A DNA stretch of 64,000 nucleotides from Octopus sinensis (GCF_006345805.1 NC_043009.1:47864001-47928000); one strand, 5' to 3'; shown: positions 1 to 12,764, numbered from the stretch's first letter. The notes: generated by a model from the sequence alone, not told the origin. A program made the numbers and translations.

Positions 1-1019
1 GCCCAGTCATCATTATACTATCCTAATTAATTTTCTTAGTAATGAAACAGTCCCTCCACATCCCAGCCACCTCAGAAAAACAACCAAAAACTACCAGGCA
101 AGCAGATTAAAGCGTATAATTTCTTTCATTAAAATGGATTGAACTGACAATGAAGGAGATAGAGATAGGTTGCAGGGTGAGCTATATAAAGTCAAGAGAC
201 ATTATGGCTATATCAATGATTAGTATTTATAACTAATGAGTATAAATTTATTATAAGTGATTTTGGTAAGATTGCCAATTATGAATATGATATATAATAG
301 ATTCAAGAAACGTGTCGTTAGCAGCAATTTTTTTTTATTCATTTGATATAATGGCCGTTAATCTATGATGATCTTATTATATTTCAGGATGGTCATTTTA
401 TTTATTTATTTATTTTTTTTCTTTTTGGCCAAATAACCACATGTACTCTATATTCGTTCTTCACTTGAGACTTATTATTATTCTTATTTCAATGTCCCTT
501 GTCTGAAATTTTTCATCACACATCCATTGACCTTTTCGACGATTCTCCATCCTCTGCGTCTCTTCTGGTCCCATTTAGTGCATTCTGTCTTTCCGTGGTG
601 TGTATTGTTATCTGCTGAAAATGGACTAAACAAAACAGGAGGAAACATGTGGGATTAAGACTCACTGAAAAGGTCACAGCACATGTGGCAAGAGATTTCA
701 GACATAGAACACCAAATTAAGAATTATTCTTAATTTGGTGTTCTATGTCGGAAATGAAGAACAAGTATGTAGCATGTGTGATTATTTGGCAAAAAAAAAA
801 AGAAAAGAAAAGAAGCTTGGTTCCCAACCACACGGCTCAGGGTTCAGTCCCACTGTGTGGTACCTTGGGCACGAGCTTCAGAGACTGCAACACAACATGC
901 AGATCGACTTACAAGAGATGCTGCAGCAACTGCTGCTGCGCACGCTACAGAGGCTACATGGGAAGGACAACAACAGATGTTGCTCTATGCGGCAAACAGG
1001 AAAACATCAGGTAACCATA

Positions 1020-1500
1020 CCCTTGTCATCCTCCTCCTCATCATCATCATCGTTTAATGTCCACTTTCCATGCTAGCATGGGTTAGATGATTTGACTGAG
1101 GACTGGCGAACCAGATGGCTGCACCAGGCTCCAATATGAACTGGTAGAGTTTCTACAGCTGGATGCCCTTCCTAACACCAACCACTCTGAGAGTGTAGTG
1201 GGTGATTTTACGTGCCACCGGCACGAGGGCCAGTCAGGTGGTACTGGCAATGGTCACGTTCAAATGGTGTTTTTTACATGCCACCTGCACAGGAGCCAGT
1301 CCAGGGGCACTGGCAACGACCTCACTTGAATGTTTTTTCACGTGCCAGTAAGGTGACGCAGGTAACGATCACACTCAAATGGTGCTTTTTATGTGCCAAT
1401 GGCACGGGAGCCAGTTTGTAGCTCTGGCAAAGATCATGCTCAGAAGGTGCTCTTAGCACTCCACTGGCATGGATGCCAGTCATCGAATTTGATTTATTTC
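1020..1500 (-). mobile_element. 3' end/UTR copy of the local RTE family with (GAT)n tail
   Basis: Reverse complement matches the 3' tail of the RTE at 38830-39110 (GTGGTTG..GTTAGGAAGGGCATCCAGCTGTAGAAAC...CCATGCTAGCATGGAAAGTGGACATTAAACGATGATG). Similar copies lie near 18550-18760, 18970-19640, 21290-21500, 25550-25720, 36831-36990 and 47520-47670. Confidence 0.8.
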
Positions 1501-1949
1501 ATTAGCATAATCTTCACATTATGCTCTCTGTTAAGTGCCCCCAATTGTGAGGTAGGCAACTGATACTACACATTTCATCTTTTTTGCACAGCCCACAAGT
1601 AAAATTTTTTGTTCAGATAATGTTGTATGTGCAAATCAGCAAAACAGCAGGTGAATATACTTTTTCTCTTTATGTCATATCTTTAGGCTCAACCTTTCCA
1701 TCTGCTAAATAGCACATGTCAGCAGTTATGTGGTAATGAAAATAACTCAATTACTGCCAGTTTTTTACAGATTGACCTACTGTCCCAATGAAAACAATGA
1801 CAATGATGTGGGCGTATGACTCTGCATGTTCACTATTGCACTAAATAACTCAAACAACACAGGAAACATCTGCCATAATGATTTCTTTCATTCAGTTCAG
1901 AGATGCATCCATGAATGGTCTAATAACCAAACAGGCATACTTAACAAAC

Positions 1950-1980
1950 AGCCCTGGGCAACGCCAGGTATGCCTACTAG
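1950..1980 (+). mobile_element. Helitron-type 3' terminus (hairpin + CTAG|T)
   Basis: CCTGG-GCAACG-CCAGG hairpin, then CTAG at 1977-1980 followed by T. It is related to the ends at 4790 and 7609 (GCAACGCCGAGTATCTCTGCTAG). Confidence 0.7.
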
Positions 1981-3012
1981 TATATATATATATATATATA
2001 TATACATAAAGATGAGAATGTGTGTTTGTCTGTCTGTGTGAATCCCTAAAACTCAAGAACTACGCAACCAATTTCATTCAAGTTTTACACATGCCTTACT
2101 TTGGATCCATGCAATGTCATGGGCCAAAAAAGTTTTCAACTTCTTGTCTAATTTGAGCCAAGAGCAATCTCTTATCTCTTACACTATTTCGGTATTACGC
2201 GTCAAAAGTGAATGAATAACATCTCTCTATAGTAACGTGAGATACTTTCAGTTTGATAGTCTCACTATTAATACTGAAACTATTAAAGTGAAACTATTAT
2301 CTCACATACATACATACATATTATGTGTGTATATATATATATATACATTTGCACATATGTGTATATATAGATGTATATGTATAGATGTATAGATATACGT
2401 ATAAATATATGTATGCATGTATATATGTGTACATAATATATGTATGTATATATATAAATGCATATGTAATATATATACATGCATACATATATTTACACAT
2501 ATATACATATACATACAATACATACATTTACATATATATATATACACACACATACATAAGTGCAGGTGTGGCTGTGTGGTAAGAAACTTGGTTTCAAAGC
2601 ATGTGCTCCTGGATTCAGTCCCACTGTGTGGTAACTTGGCATGTGTCTTCTGCTATGTCCTCAGACCAGCCAAAGCCTTGTGAATGAATTTGGTAGGCAA
2701 AAACTGAAAGAAATCAATCATATGTATATATATATATATGCATGTATGTATATATGTAAGTGTATGTGTGTCTTTGTATCTGTGTTTCTCCATCATCACT
2801 GCTTGACAACTGGTGTTGATTTATTTACATCCCCATAACATACTGGTTTGACAAGAAGAGACCGATACAATAAGTACCAGGTTTATCAAAATATATAAAA
2901 AAAAGCACTGGGGTTGATTTATTCAACAAAAAATTCTTCAAGGCAGTGTCTCATATTTTTGGTTACACACTCAATTGTATCTATCAATCTATCTTTCTGT
3001 GTATATGCATCG

Positions 3013-3045
<33 letters not shown>

Positions 3046-4790
3046 ATACACACACATGCATGTATGTATATGTGCATATATATATCTATAATAAAAAAGT
3101 CAATGTCTTTGTGTGTTTGTGTGTTACTTATAGACTCGAAAACTGCTGCACCGATCCTAATGAAATTTGGAACACAAAATCCAAGCCTAGGGAGAAGGGT
3201 AATGCGATATGTTTCATACAATTTCATGGAGCAAAATTACTGAATGGATCGTTATGATATTTGGAACTTAGATTCAATGCATACGGACAGGTACAATGCA
3301 GTATGTTTGGTTTGAATTTGAGGTGGCTTAAAGGGGGAAGAACCCCACCCCCACCCATGAAAATTCATTAATTTCTGATGTTGATGAAATTTCAACCATA
3401 GGTAATTGACACACATCAAGAAGTATTCCCAAAGTTTCCTCTTCTCATGAGGATTCTAAGACCCCCTAATTCTCATGAGGATTCTAAGACCCCCTAATTC
3501 TAAGACCCCTTAACTCCCAAATTTTAGTCATTCTTTATGATCCTTAACTAGATCAAAAGTACTGAATGGATCTTTATGAAATTTGGAAATAATATTCTAT
3601 GCATAAGAACAGATGTAATACAGTATATGTTTGAAAGTAAGGGGGCATAAATGAGAGCATAACCCCCATGAAAATTCATATATTTTTGCTGTTGATGAAA
3701 TTTTAACCATAGATATTAGAAGTAATATTCCTAAAATTTCAACTTTTTAGGAGTTAGTAAGACCCCTTATTGGGGGCTTAACACCCATAATTTAGTCATT
3801 TTTTCCTAAACCAAGACGAATACAATTGTAGTCTTGGAAGCTGTAGAATCACCCGAGCATACAAGATGAGTGCTATTTGTAATTCAATGGTACAACAGAG
3901 TAAGAGTTTGCTTTGAGATATACTTTGATTGTGATTTCTTCACGTGGTGCATAAATTATCAAGTAAAGGAGAGGCATCTTTGCCTCCACTGATTCAGTTG
4001 CAAAGTGATATTTTGAGTAAAGTTATTTGGTTGCAGACCTCCTTTCAGTCTTTTTATTATCACTGGGTCAGAGATAGTCCCCAGATGGTAACATTGATTT
4101 CAAGGCCTTTCCAGATAAGTGATTGGTCATTCAAAGAGATTTATAGATTGCAAATTTATTCTATTCAGTTACCCATCAGCATAATGATCATTGGCAAACT
4201 CCAGAGGTGACACTTTCATTTTCCCTTAGCCCTCACGTCACACAGTTGTTAATGTTTATTTGAGTTGGGCTACGCCCCTTCAATTACTATAGATACGTAA
4301 TACATCTTACAGCTGTACAGGTCACCTGTATGGTGAAGAATCCTACATTGGGGAGTGCAAACCCAGTGAACATTCATATATTTCCGATTTCAAAGAAATT
4401 TGAACAACAGATATAAGACACAAATTAAAAAAGATTCCCAACAATTCAACTTCTCTGGCTGACTTTAAGATCCTACCCCTAATAGAGGCCTTAACTCCCA
4501 CATTTTAGATCTCCATGTGCTCGATTTTTCAGGAGCAAAATCCTTTGAATAGGTTTTATAAGATTTGGATTTTGGAATCTGGGAATAAAGATGAGTAGTA
4601 TGGGATAAATATGTCATGATTAGAATTTTTGTTTTGGTGTGTGAAGAGGGAAAGAACCCTTATTAAAATTCTTAATCTCCAATTTTGATGAAATTCGAAT
4701 CATAAGTATTCGAGTTCTAATGAGAAAATATAAAAGAAAAGTCTAATTCTTCAGTTCCATGTGACAAGCAACGCCGAGTATCTCTGCTAG
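1981..4790 (+). mobile_element. Composite non-autonomous Helitron-like unit, copy 1 (about 2.82 kb)
   Basis: Begins in (TA)n with a Lep1-like head (CATAAAGATGAGAATGTGTGTTTGTCTGTCTGTGTGAATCCC..ACTACGCAACCAATTTC). It has a second A|TC head at 3085 (TCTATAATAAAAAAGTCAATGTCTTTGTGTG..ACTGCTGCACCGATCC), a captured SINE at about 2565-2950 and diverged internal repeats of about 320 bp, and ends in CTAG|T. Confidence 0.75.
3944..4290 (+). pseudogene. Decayed Helitron Pif1-like helicase C-terminal remnant (second copy about 6760-7110)
   Basis: LISRPFQISDWSFKEIYRLQ..MIIGKLQR resembles the recalled Helitron motif LIPRIPxxPSDxPFxFKRLQFPxxLAFAMTINKSQG. Downstream HVTQLLMFI*VG resembles HGQLYVAxSRVG. Stops are present. 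Confidence 0.45.
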
Positions 4791-5830
4791 TATATATATA
4801 TAATATATATTATATATATATACATAAAGATGAGAATGTGTGTTTGTCTGTCTGTGTGAATCCCTAAAACTCAAGAACTACGCAACCAATTTCATTCAAG
4901 TTTTACACATGCCTTACTTTGGATCCATGCAATGTCATGGGCCAAAAAAGTTTTCAACTTCTTGTCTAATTTGAGCCAAGAGCAATCTCTTATCTCTTAC
5001 ACTATTTCGGTATTACGCGTCAAAAGTGAATGAATAACATCTCTCTATAGTAACGTGAGATACTTTCAGTTTGATAGTCTCACTATTAATACTGAAACTA
5101 TTAAAGTGAAACTATTATCTCACATACATACATACATATTATGTGTGTATATATATATATATACATTTGCACATATGTGTATATATAGATGTATATGTAT
5201 AGATGTATAGATATACGTATAAATATATGTATGCATGTATATATGTGTACATAATATATGTATGTATATATATAAATGCATATGTAATATATATACATGC
5301 ATACATATATTTACACATATATACATATACATACAATACATACATTTACATATATATATATACACACACATACATAAGTGCAGGTGTGGCTGTGTGGTAA
5401 GAAACTTGGTTTCAAAGCATGTGCTCCTGGATTCAGTCCCACTGTGTGGTAACTTGGCATGTGTCTTCTGCTATGTCCTCAGACCAGCCAAAGCCTTGTG
5501 AATGAATTTGGTAGGCAAAAACTGAAAGAAATCAATCATATGTATATATATATATATGCATGTATGTATATATGTAAGTGTATGTGTGTCTTTGTATCTG
5601 TGTTTCTCCATCATCACTGCTTGACAACTGGTGTTGATTTATTTACATCCCCATAACATACTGGTTTGACAAGAAGAGACCGATACAATAAGTACCAGGT
5701 TTATCAAAATATATAAAAAAAAGCACTGGGGTTGATTTATTCAACAAAAAATTCTTCAAGGCAGTGTCTCATATTTTTGGTTACACACTCAATTGTATCT
5801 ATCAATCTATCTTTCTGTGTATATGCATCG

Positions 5831-5863
<33 letters not shown>

Positions 5864-7608
5864 ATACACACACATGCATGTATGTATATGTGCATATATA
5901 TATCTATAATAAAAAAGTCAATGTCTTTGTGTGTTTGTGTGTTACTTATAGACTCGAAAACTGCTGCACCGATCCTAATGAAATTTGGAACACAAAATCC
6001 AAGCCTAGGGAGAAGGGTAATGCGATATGTTTCATACAATTTCATGGAGCAAAATTACTGAATGGATCGTTATGATATTTGGAACTTAGATTCAATGCAT
6101 ACGGACAGGTACAATGCAGTATGTTTGGTTTGAATTTGAGGTGGCTTAAAGGGGGAAGAACCCCACCCCCACCCATGAAAATTCATTAATTTCTGATGTT
6201 GATGAAATTTCAACCATAGGTAATTGACACACATCAAGAAGTATTCCCAAAGTTTCCTCTTCTCATGAGGATTCTAAGACCCCCTAATTCTCATGAGGAT
6301 TCTAAGACCCCCTAATTCTAAGACCCCTTAACTCCCAAATTTTAGTCATTCTTTATGATCCTTAACTAGATCAAAAGTACTGAATGGATCTTTATGAAAT
6401 TTGGAAATAATATTCTATGCATAAGAACAGATGTAATACAGTATATGTTTGAAAGTAAGGGGGCATAAATGAGAGCATAACCCCCATGAAAATTCATATA
6501 TTTTTGCTGTTGATGAAATTTTAACCATAGATATTAGAAGTAATATTCCTAAAATTTCAACTTTTTAGGAGTTAGTAAGACCCCTTATTGGGGGCTTAAC
6601 ACCCATAATTTAGTCATTTTTTCCTAAACCAAGACGAATACAATTGTAGTCTTGGAAGCTGTAGAATCACCCGAGCATACAAGATGAGTGCTATTTGTAA
6701 TTCAATGGTACAACAGAGTAAGAGTTTGCTTTGAGATATACTTTGATTGTGATTTCTTCAACGTGGTGCATAAATTATCAAGTAAAGGAGAGGCATCTTT
6801 GCCTCCACTGATTCAGTTGCAAAGTGATATTTTGAGTAAAGTTATTTGGTTGCAGACCTCCTTTCAGTCTTTTTATTATCACTGGGTCAGAGATAGTCCC
6901 CAGATGGTAACATTGATTTCAAGGCCTTTCCAGATAAGTGATTGGTCATTCAAAGAGATTTATAGATTGCAAATTTATTCTATTCAGTTACCCATCAGCA
7001 TAATGATCATTGGCAAACTCCAGAGGTGACACTTTCATTTTCCCTTAGCCCTCACGTCACACAGTTGTTAATGTTTATTTGAGTTGGGCTACGCCCCTTC
7101 AATTACTATAGATACGTAATACATCTTACAGCTGTACAGGTCACCTGTATGGTGAAGAATCCTACATTGGGGAGTGCAAACCCAGTGAACATTCATATAT
7201 TTCCGATTTCAAAGAAATTTGAACAACAGATATAAGACACAAATTAAAAAAGATTCCCAACAATTCAACTTCTCTGGCTGACTTTAAGATCCTACCCCTA
7301 ATAGAGGCCTTAACTCCCACATTTTAGATCTCCATGTGCTCGATTTTTCAGGAGCAAAATCCTTTGAATAGGTTTTATAAGATTTGGATTTTGGAATCTG
7401 GGAATAAAGATGAGTAGTATGGGATAAATATGTCATGATTAGAATTTTTGTTTTGGTGTGTGAAGAGGGAAAGAACCCTTATTAAAATTCTTAATCTCCA
7501 ATTTTGATGAAATTCGAATCATAAGTATTCGAGTTCTAATGAGAAAATATAAAAGAAAAGTCTAATTCTTCAGTTCCATGTGACAAGCAACGCCGAGTAT
7601 CTCTGCTA

Positions 7609-7609
<1 letters not shown>
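4791..7609 (+). mobile_element. Composite Helitron-like unit, copy 2 (tandem duplicate)
   Basis: Offset is 2818-2819 bp from copy 1 and identical ORFs recur (2283/5101, 2914/5732). The only difference noticed within the unit is a 1-nt indel (cttcacgtgg vs cttcaacgtgg), plus a different TA tract at the junction. Confidence 0.9.
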
Positions 7610-7651
<42 letters not shown>

Positions 7652-8078
7652 TACATATATATATGTATATATATATTAATTGTAGGAGTTTCCATTCATT
7701 GAAAGAAGTGGTAATAGACAGTCAACATTTATATATTAGAATAGCCAGAGAACATAAGTAGTAGAGTTGAATTGGTTAGGAGGCAGTGAAAGAGAGATTA
7801 AGAAAGGAGAAAGAGAGAGAGTGAGTGAGTAAAAGAGGAGTAAGAGAGAGAGGGAGTAATAGAGTGAGAGAGAGAGAGAGAGAGAGTGAGCTGCATGTAA
7901 TTGTTGAGATGCATTTAATTGTCAGGCTCATTCATAAAAGATTAGTAAGTATGTCTTATGATGCAGAAATTGCTAGCATTCAATAGTTTGTAGGTCTTTC
8001 ATTATATATATAACCACTGAACAGAAAGACATATACTAGAACACATTGAATGATGATGTGAACTTGCTAATAATACAT

Positions 8079-8180
8079 TACCGTATTTTCCGGCATATAA
8101 GTCAAATTTTTCACACCAAAATTAGCACCCCAAAAAAGGTAGGTTAACTTATGTACACCAAGATGACTTTGGAGGACCAA
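8079..8180 (+). mobile_element. Left end of a pogo/Tc1-mariner-type MITE
   Basis: Starts TA|CCGTATTTTCCGGCATATAAG, a typical pogo-like MITE terminus. The matching right end was not found. Confidence 0.45.
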
Positions 8181-9489
8181 AACTTCCATGTAAAGTGTGG
8201 CAATATTTGGAAAGATAGTGATGATATTTGAATGTTTATATTGCACTTTTGAACTGTACATATTACACTAACTTGCATGCAGGAAAATATGGTACCTAAT
8301 TATAACTTTCCTTTCAGACAAATACTTTTAACCTAAATTTTGGAGCCACTCAATTTAAAATCAGAATCTCTAAAAGTATAGAGATACAGAGCAGCTAATC
8401 CCTCTTTCAGAAAATTATTTTCCATCTTAAATGCAAAGTGCATGTTCTTCCTTTGTTTTATTTTATTAATTATTTAATCATATTTTTTAGTATATTCCCC
8501 CACCACCACCTCCACCACTCTATCATATTTTATTAGTTATTTTATATAGAAACTTATGACCAATAGCATCATTTGTTAGGAGTTTCTAACAGACTAATCA
8601 GTGGTTCACTTTCTGATGGTACAAATGATGAATGAATTTATTAACTGAAACTCCATGCAATAGAGTTCACTTCTACCAAAAAAAAAACCTGCTTCTTGCA
8701 AAAAAAACTTTGTTTGAAGAGCACATTTTTTTACTGACATGCACTGTTAAAGGTAGAAACATACATATATATGTGCATTTGTGCATGTGTGTGTATTTAT
8801 TACCTTCACAACCATGTATATCCTCTATAGCAAGACACCTGTGCATGTCCCACTGTCATACTTTAGCGTCTCAACCAGCATTTCTCAACCAGGGTTCCCC
8901 GGAACCTTAGGGTTCCACAAAAGGTTCCTAGGGATTCCATGAGAAAGAGTGAGATAAGCTAATGCTAATTTCATGATTGTAATATATATGTATATATATA
9001 TTTACCACGTGAACTATGATGAGAAAGATATGGTATATAATTTTTTGTTTGGGCAGGGGTTCCTAGAGACATGTAATTTATGTTAAATGTTATGCAGGGG
9101 TAAAATGGTTGAGAAACACTGCTTTCAACACCTGGCTCAAAGTCATCTCTCTCTCTATTACAACCCTACCCAGTCAAGGGTTTTTTCCTTGGTCTTGAAA
9201 GTTACTTGGAAACTTCACTAGTGCTGGCATCACAACAGAAGCACCCAGTGTGCTTTGTAAAGTGGTTGGTGTTAGGAAGAATAACCAGTTGTAGAAACCA
9301 TGCCAAAACAGACACTGAAGTTCAATGCAATCCTTCAGGTCATTGGATCCTGTCAAACCAACCAATCCCAGTTAGGTGAATGATGGCCATTAAATGATAA
9401 TGGTAAGAGAGAGAGAGAGTGAACTTTCATTCTAGAATTTCCAGTGTGAAGCCATCTTCAGACAAGTCAGACTGATCAATGGCCTTCAC

Positions 9490-9712
9490 GCCACCCTTCA
9501 TTCTCCGTTCGTCCACGCACCACGGAGCCGCCAGCGGCAGGCCTGCGCCGGTCGCCCGTTCCTCCGCTGTGCTACTGTGCCCGAAATTGAAAGAACGAAC
9601 CTAAGCGCGCGGTATCGCCCACGTACGCGTGGACGTAGCCGCGACCGATGTCGCGAGATGCACCCGCTCGATACGGCGACGTGGTCCGTCCCGTAAATTC
9701 CCGAATCCACTT
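9490..9712. other. GC- and CpG-rich structured insertion of unknown origin
   Basis: About 34 CpG in about 205 bp inside AT-rich, CpG-poor DNA. Hairpins include CCACG-TACG-CGTGG and CGCGAC-CGAT-GTCGCG. Confidence 0.85.
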
Positions 9713-9989
9713 GACTGGATTAAATAAATTAATGTGGCTTACTTATGTTCATATTGAGTTCTTCTCTGAGCTGTTACCTAACAATGGCTATACATCTATA
9801 TCTATACATTTATACACTTCTGCCACACACACAAGATGGGCTTTTATGCAGTTTCTCTCTACCGAATTTAACTCACATACAATTATTAGCCCTCATCTAT
9901 TGCTTCAGGATGACTAACAATACCTTGTAAAGGGAATTCGTAAGTGGAATGGTGAAAGACATTTACCAAAATTGCCAAGGCTATTTCAA

Positions 9990-10410
9990 AGGCGGCAAGC
10001 TGGTAGAAACGTTAGCATGCCAAGGAAAATGCTTCGCTGTATTTCATCTGCCGCTACGTTCTGAGTTTAAATTCCACCGAGGTCGACTTTGCCTTTCATC
10101 CTTTCAGGGGTCGATAAATTAAGTACCAGTTACGCACTGGGGTCGATGTAATCGACTCAATCCCTTTGTCTGTGCTTGTTTGTCCCTTCTGTGTTTAGCC
10201 CCTTGTGGGTAGTAAAAAAATAGGTATTTTGTCTGCCGTTACATTCTGAGTTCAAATTCCACCGAGGTCGACTTTGCCTTTCATCCTTTCGGGGGTCAAT
10301 AAATTAAGTACCAGTTACGCACTGGGGTCGATGTAATCGACTTAATCCCTTTGTCTGTCCTTGTTTGTCTCCTCTATGTTTAGCCTCTTGTGGGCAATAA
10401 AGAAATAAGA
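9990..10410 (+). mobile_element. Meta-domain-type SINE with internal tandem duplication of about 184 bp
   Basis: GAGGTCGACTTTGCCTTTCATCCTTTCGGGG.TCGATAAATTAAGTACCAG occurs at about 10079 and 10263. It resembles the conserved MetaSINE central domain (recalled). Confidence 0.75.
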
Positions 10411-11162
10411 AAATTGCCATGGCTATGGGATCAAACACAGAACCATATGGTTGTGAAGCAGACATTGTAACCATATTGCTATGCTTTCACCCATGTCAGC
10501 GTGAACTAGCAAATCTAACCGAATATCTCCAATGCAAATTTCCAAAGCATTATGACCCAGCATTAAAGGAAAAAAAAACTACAAACCAATGATGTCTAAT
10601 AAAGCTTGTAAAATTCTATATTGAAATGCACAGCATTTCTCAACGGTGAAAATCCTGTCAGTTCTAATGTTCAATACATATCGTCAACTTTTATGGAGGA
10701 AAAGAAAGGACAAAAGAAGGACTATCAGAAACCTTGGTGGAAAAGGTGGACGTTAATAAAGATTAGCAGCCTTGGGAAAGATATAACAAGTTAGACCAGT
10801 AGAAGCAGGGTAAATTAAAGAATGAAGAGAAAGACAGATTAAAAGGGAATGCATCAGACGAAGAATAAGTTAACCAAAAATAATCCTGTCTACAATAGGT
10901 ACAATGTCTGAAATTTTGTGGGAGGGTTCAAGTCAGTTTTGGATTTATGGTTTTTACAAATGATATATATATATAGGGTCACTGACCTTAGATATCTAAT
11001 TACACACTTTCAAGAACTACATTCTTAACCTAAACTGCCAACATAGTTGGTCCTTCTCCCATTTCATAGCTGGCCTCAACAGGCACATCCCTGTTGTATT
11101 CTTAGATATTCTTTTGTGTGGTAAAATTACTTCTCATCAGCTGTCATTATTCATTTGATTAC

Positions 11163-11195
<33 letters not shown>

Positions 11196-11227
11196 GCGTA
11201 TGTGTGTGTATGTATATATATATTTTT

Positions 11228-11271
<44 letters not shown>

Positions 11272-11303
11272 GCGCATGTGTGTGTATGTATATATATATT
11301 TTT

Positions 11304-11336
<33 letters not shown>

Positions 11337-11344
<8 letters not shown>

Positions 11345-11794
11345 ATGAGGGTGTCTGAGAGACACCACCATGCCGAAATAGCAGTCGAAACTCTGACTAT
11401 GAATCCACGTTAAATGTTCATATCATACCATGAGATATAAGACAGAGGGACAAAATAGACAAGCTAAAGTTATTGAATAATTCAAGATCCAGGATTTCTG
11501 GTTTTGCTTTAAATAAGCTTTACCGTCATCAATTGAATATATCAAGAGTACATAAATACATATATATATCTGTATTTATGTACTCTTGATATATTCAATT
11601 GATGACGGTAAAGCTTATTTAAAGCAAAACCAGAAATCCTGGATCTTGAATTATTCAATAACTTTAGCTTGTCTATTTTGTCCCTCTGTCTTATATCTCA
11701 TGGTACGATATGAACATTTAACGTGGATTCATAGTCAGAGTTTCGACTGCTATTTCGGCATGGTGGTGTCTCTCAGACACCCTCATTTTTAATT
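11337..11794. repeat. 458-bp near-perfect palindrome (224-bp arms, 10-nt loop)
   Basis: 11337-11560 is the reverse complement of 11571-11794 with one mismatch (cata/cgta). The loop is TATATATATC. Confidence 0.97.
11593..11651 (+). ncRNA. Candidate type I hammerhead-ribozyme variant (mirror copy on the minus strand at 11480-11538)
   Basis: ATTCAA/TTGAAT stem I, core TTGATGA, stem II GGT-AAA-GCTT(ATTTA)AAGC-AAA-ACC, GAAA, stem III ATCC-T-GGAT and cleavage triplet AUC (C11645). It has a non-canonical U3 and a C.A pair at the base of stem II. Confidence 0.5.
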
Positions 11795-12222
11795 GTAAAA
11801 AATTATTACCTTTGTACGGTATTTTTTCCCATGCTGGCCACTTGATAATATCGATATTTAAATATCGATATACTCCTCATTTATAAATATATATATATAT
11901 ATATATATATGAGACAGGCTTCTTAAGTTTCCAACTATCAAATCCACTCGCAATGCTTTGGTCAACACAGGGCTATAGTAGAAGACACTTGTCCAAAGCG
12001 CCATGCAGTGAGACTGAACCAAAGACCATATGGTCAGGAACCAAGGAAGCAAGCCTCTTAACCACACCACCACACTTGCACCTATGTCTTCAAAAAAAAA
12101 AAAAAGAAGAAGAAAGGCAAAAGAAAAGAAAAAAAGAAAAAGTATTGAACTGAAGCCATGGCTTGAAGATATTCCAGTATTTACTACCACTGCAGTTTCT
12201 AAACTTTAAGTTCTCACATTAC

Positions 12223-12285
12223 CTTTGGCAATAACTCACTAACTCTTTTACCAATAGCAGGCTTAATTTGATATATCAACAAAAA
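12223..12285 (-). CDS. Possible 63-nt exon of the host gene (FLLIYQIKPAIGKRVSELLPK)
   Basis: cctactacag|...AAG|gtaatg. Only frame 0 is open and it is phase 0/0. Could be chance. Confidence 0.2.
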
Positions 12286-12674
12286 CTGTAGTAGGCTTAG
12301 AAAATAAGTTGAATGCTAGAGTGTGAAACAATAGCAAATAGAAAATAATGGAAATCTTTTGTTTTTACAGTTTTTAGCTTCTGTTTATCCTTTTTTTTGT
12401 TTTTTACAATATTAATTTTGTTACTCTTAATTATAATTATTCTTAATTGAATTATTCAACTTGTTTAATGATGCTATTTAATTATTGTTTATTAATATTC
12501 CTATTATTATGATTCTTTAATCCATCCTAGCTAGAATAAATTTAATGAAGTTATGTTAGAAAGAATCATTTAATAAACATTGTTCAATAATAATTATTGA
12601 TATAATGAAAGAGATATTCATTTCTAGGATGGTGAGAGCAAATAAACATTCTGGAACTGGGACGCTAGCAGAGT

Positions 12675-12691
12675 TAGTAGTAGTAGTAGTA

Positions 12692-12764
<73 letters not shown>

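Noticed and set aside
11848-11871. 24-bp perfect palindrome ATATCGATATTTAAATATCGATAT
   Set aside because: It is low-complexity and AT-rich with no further structure, so no function can be inferred.
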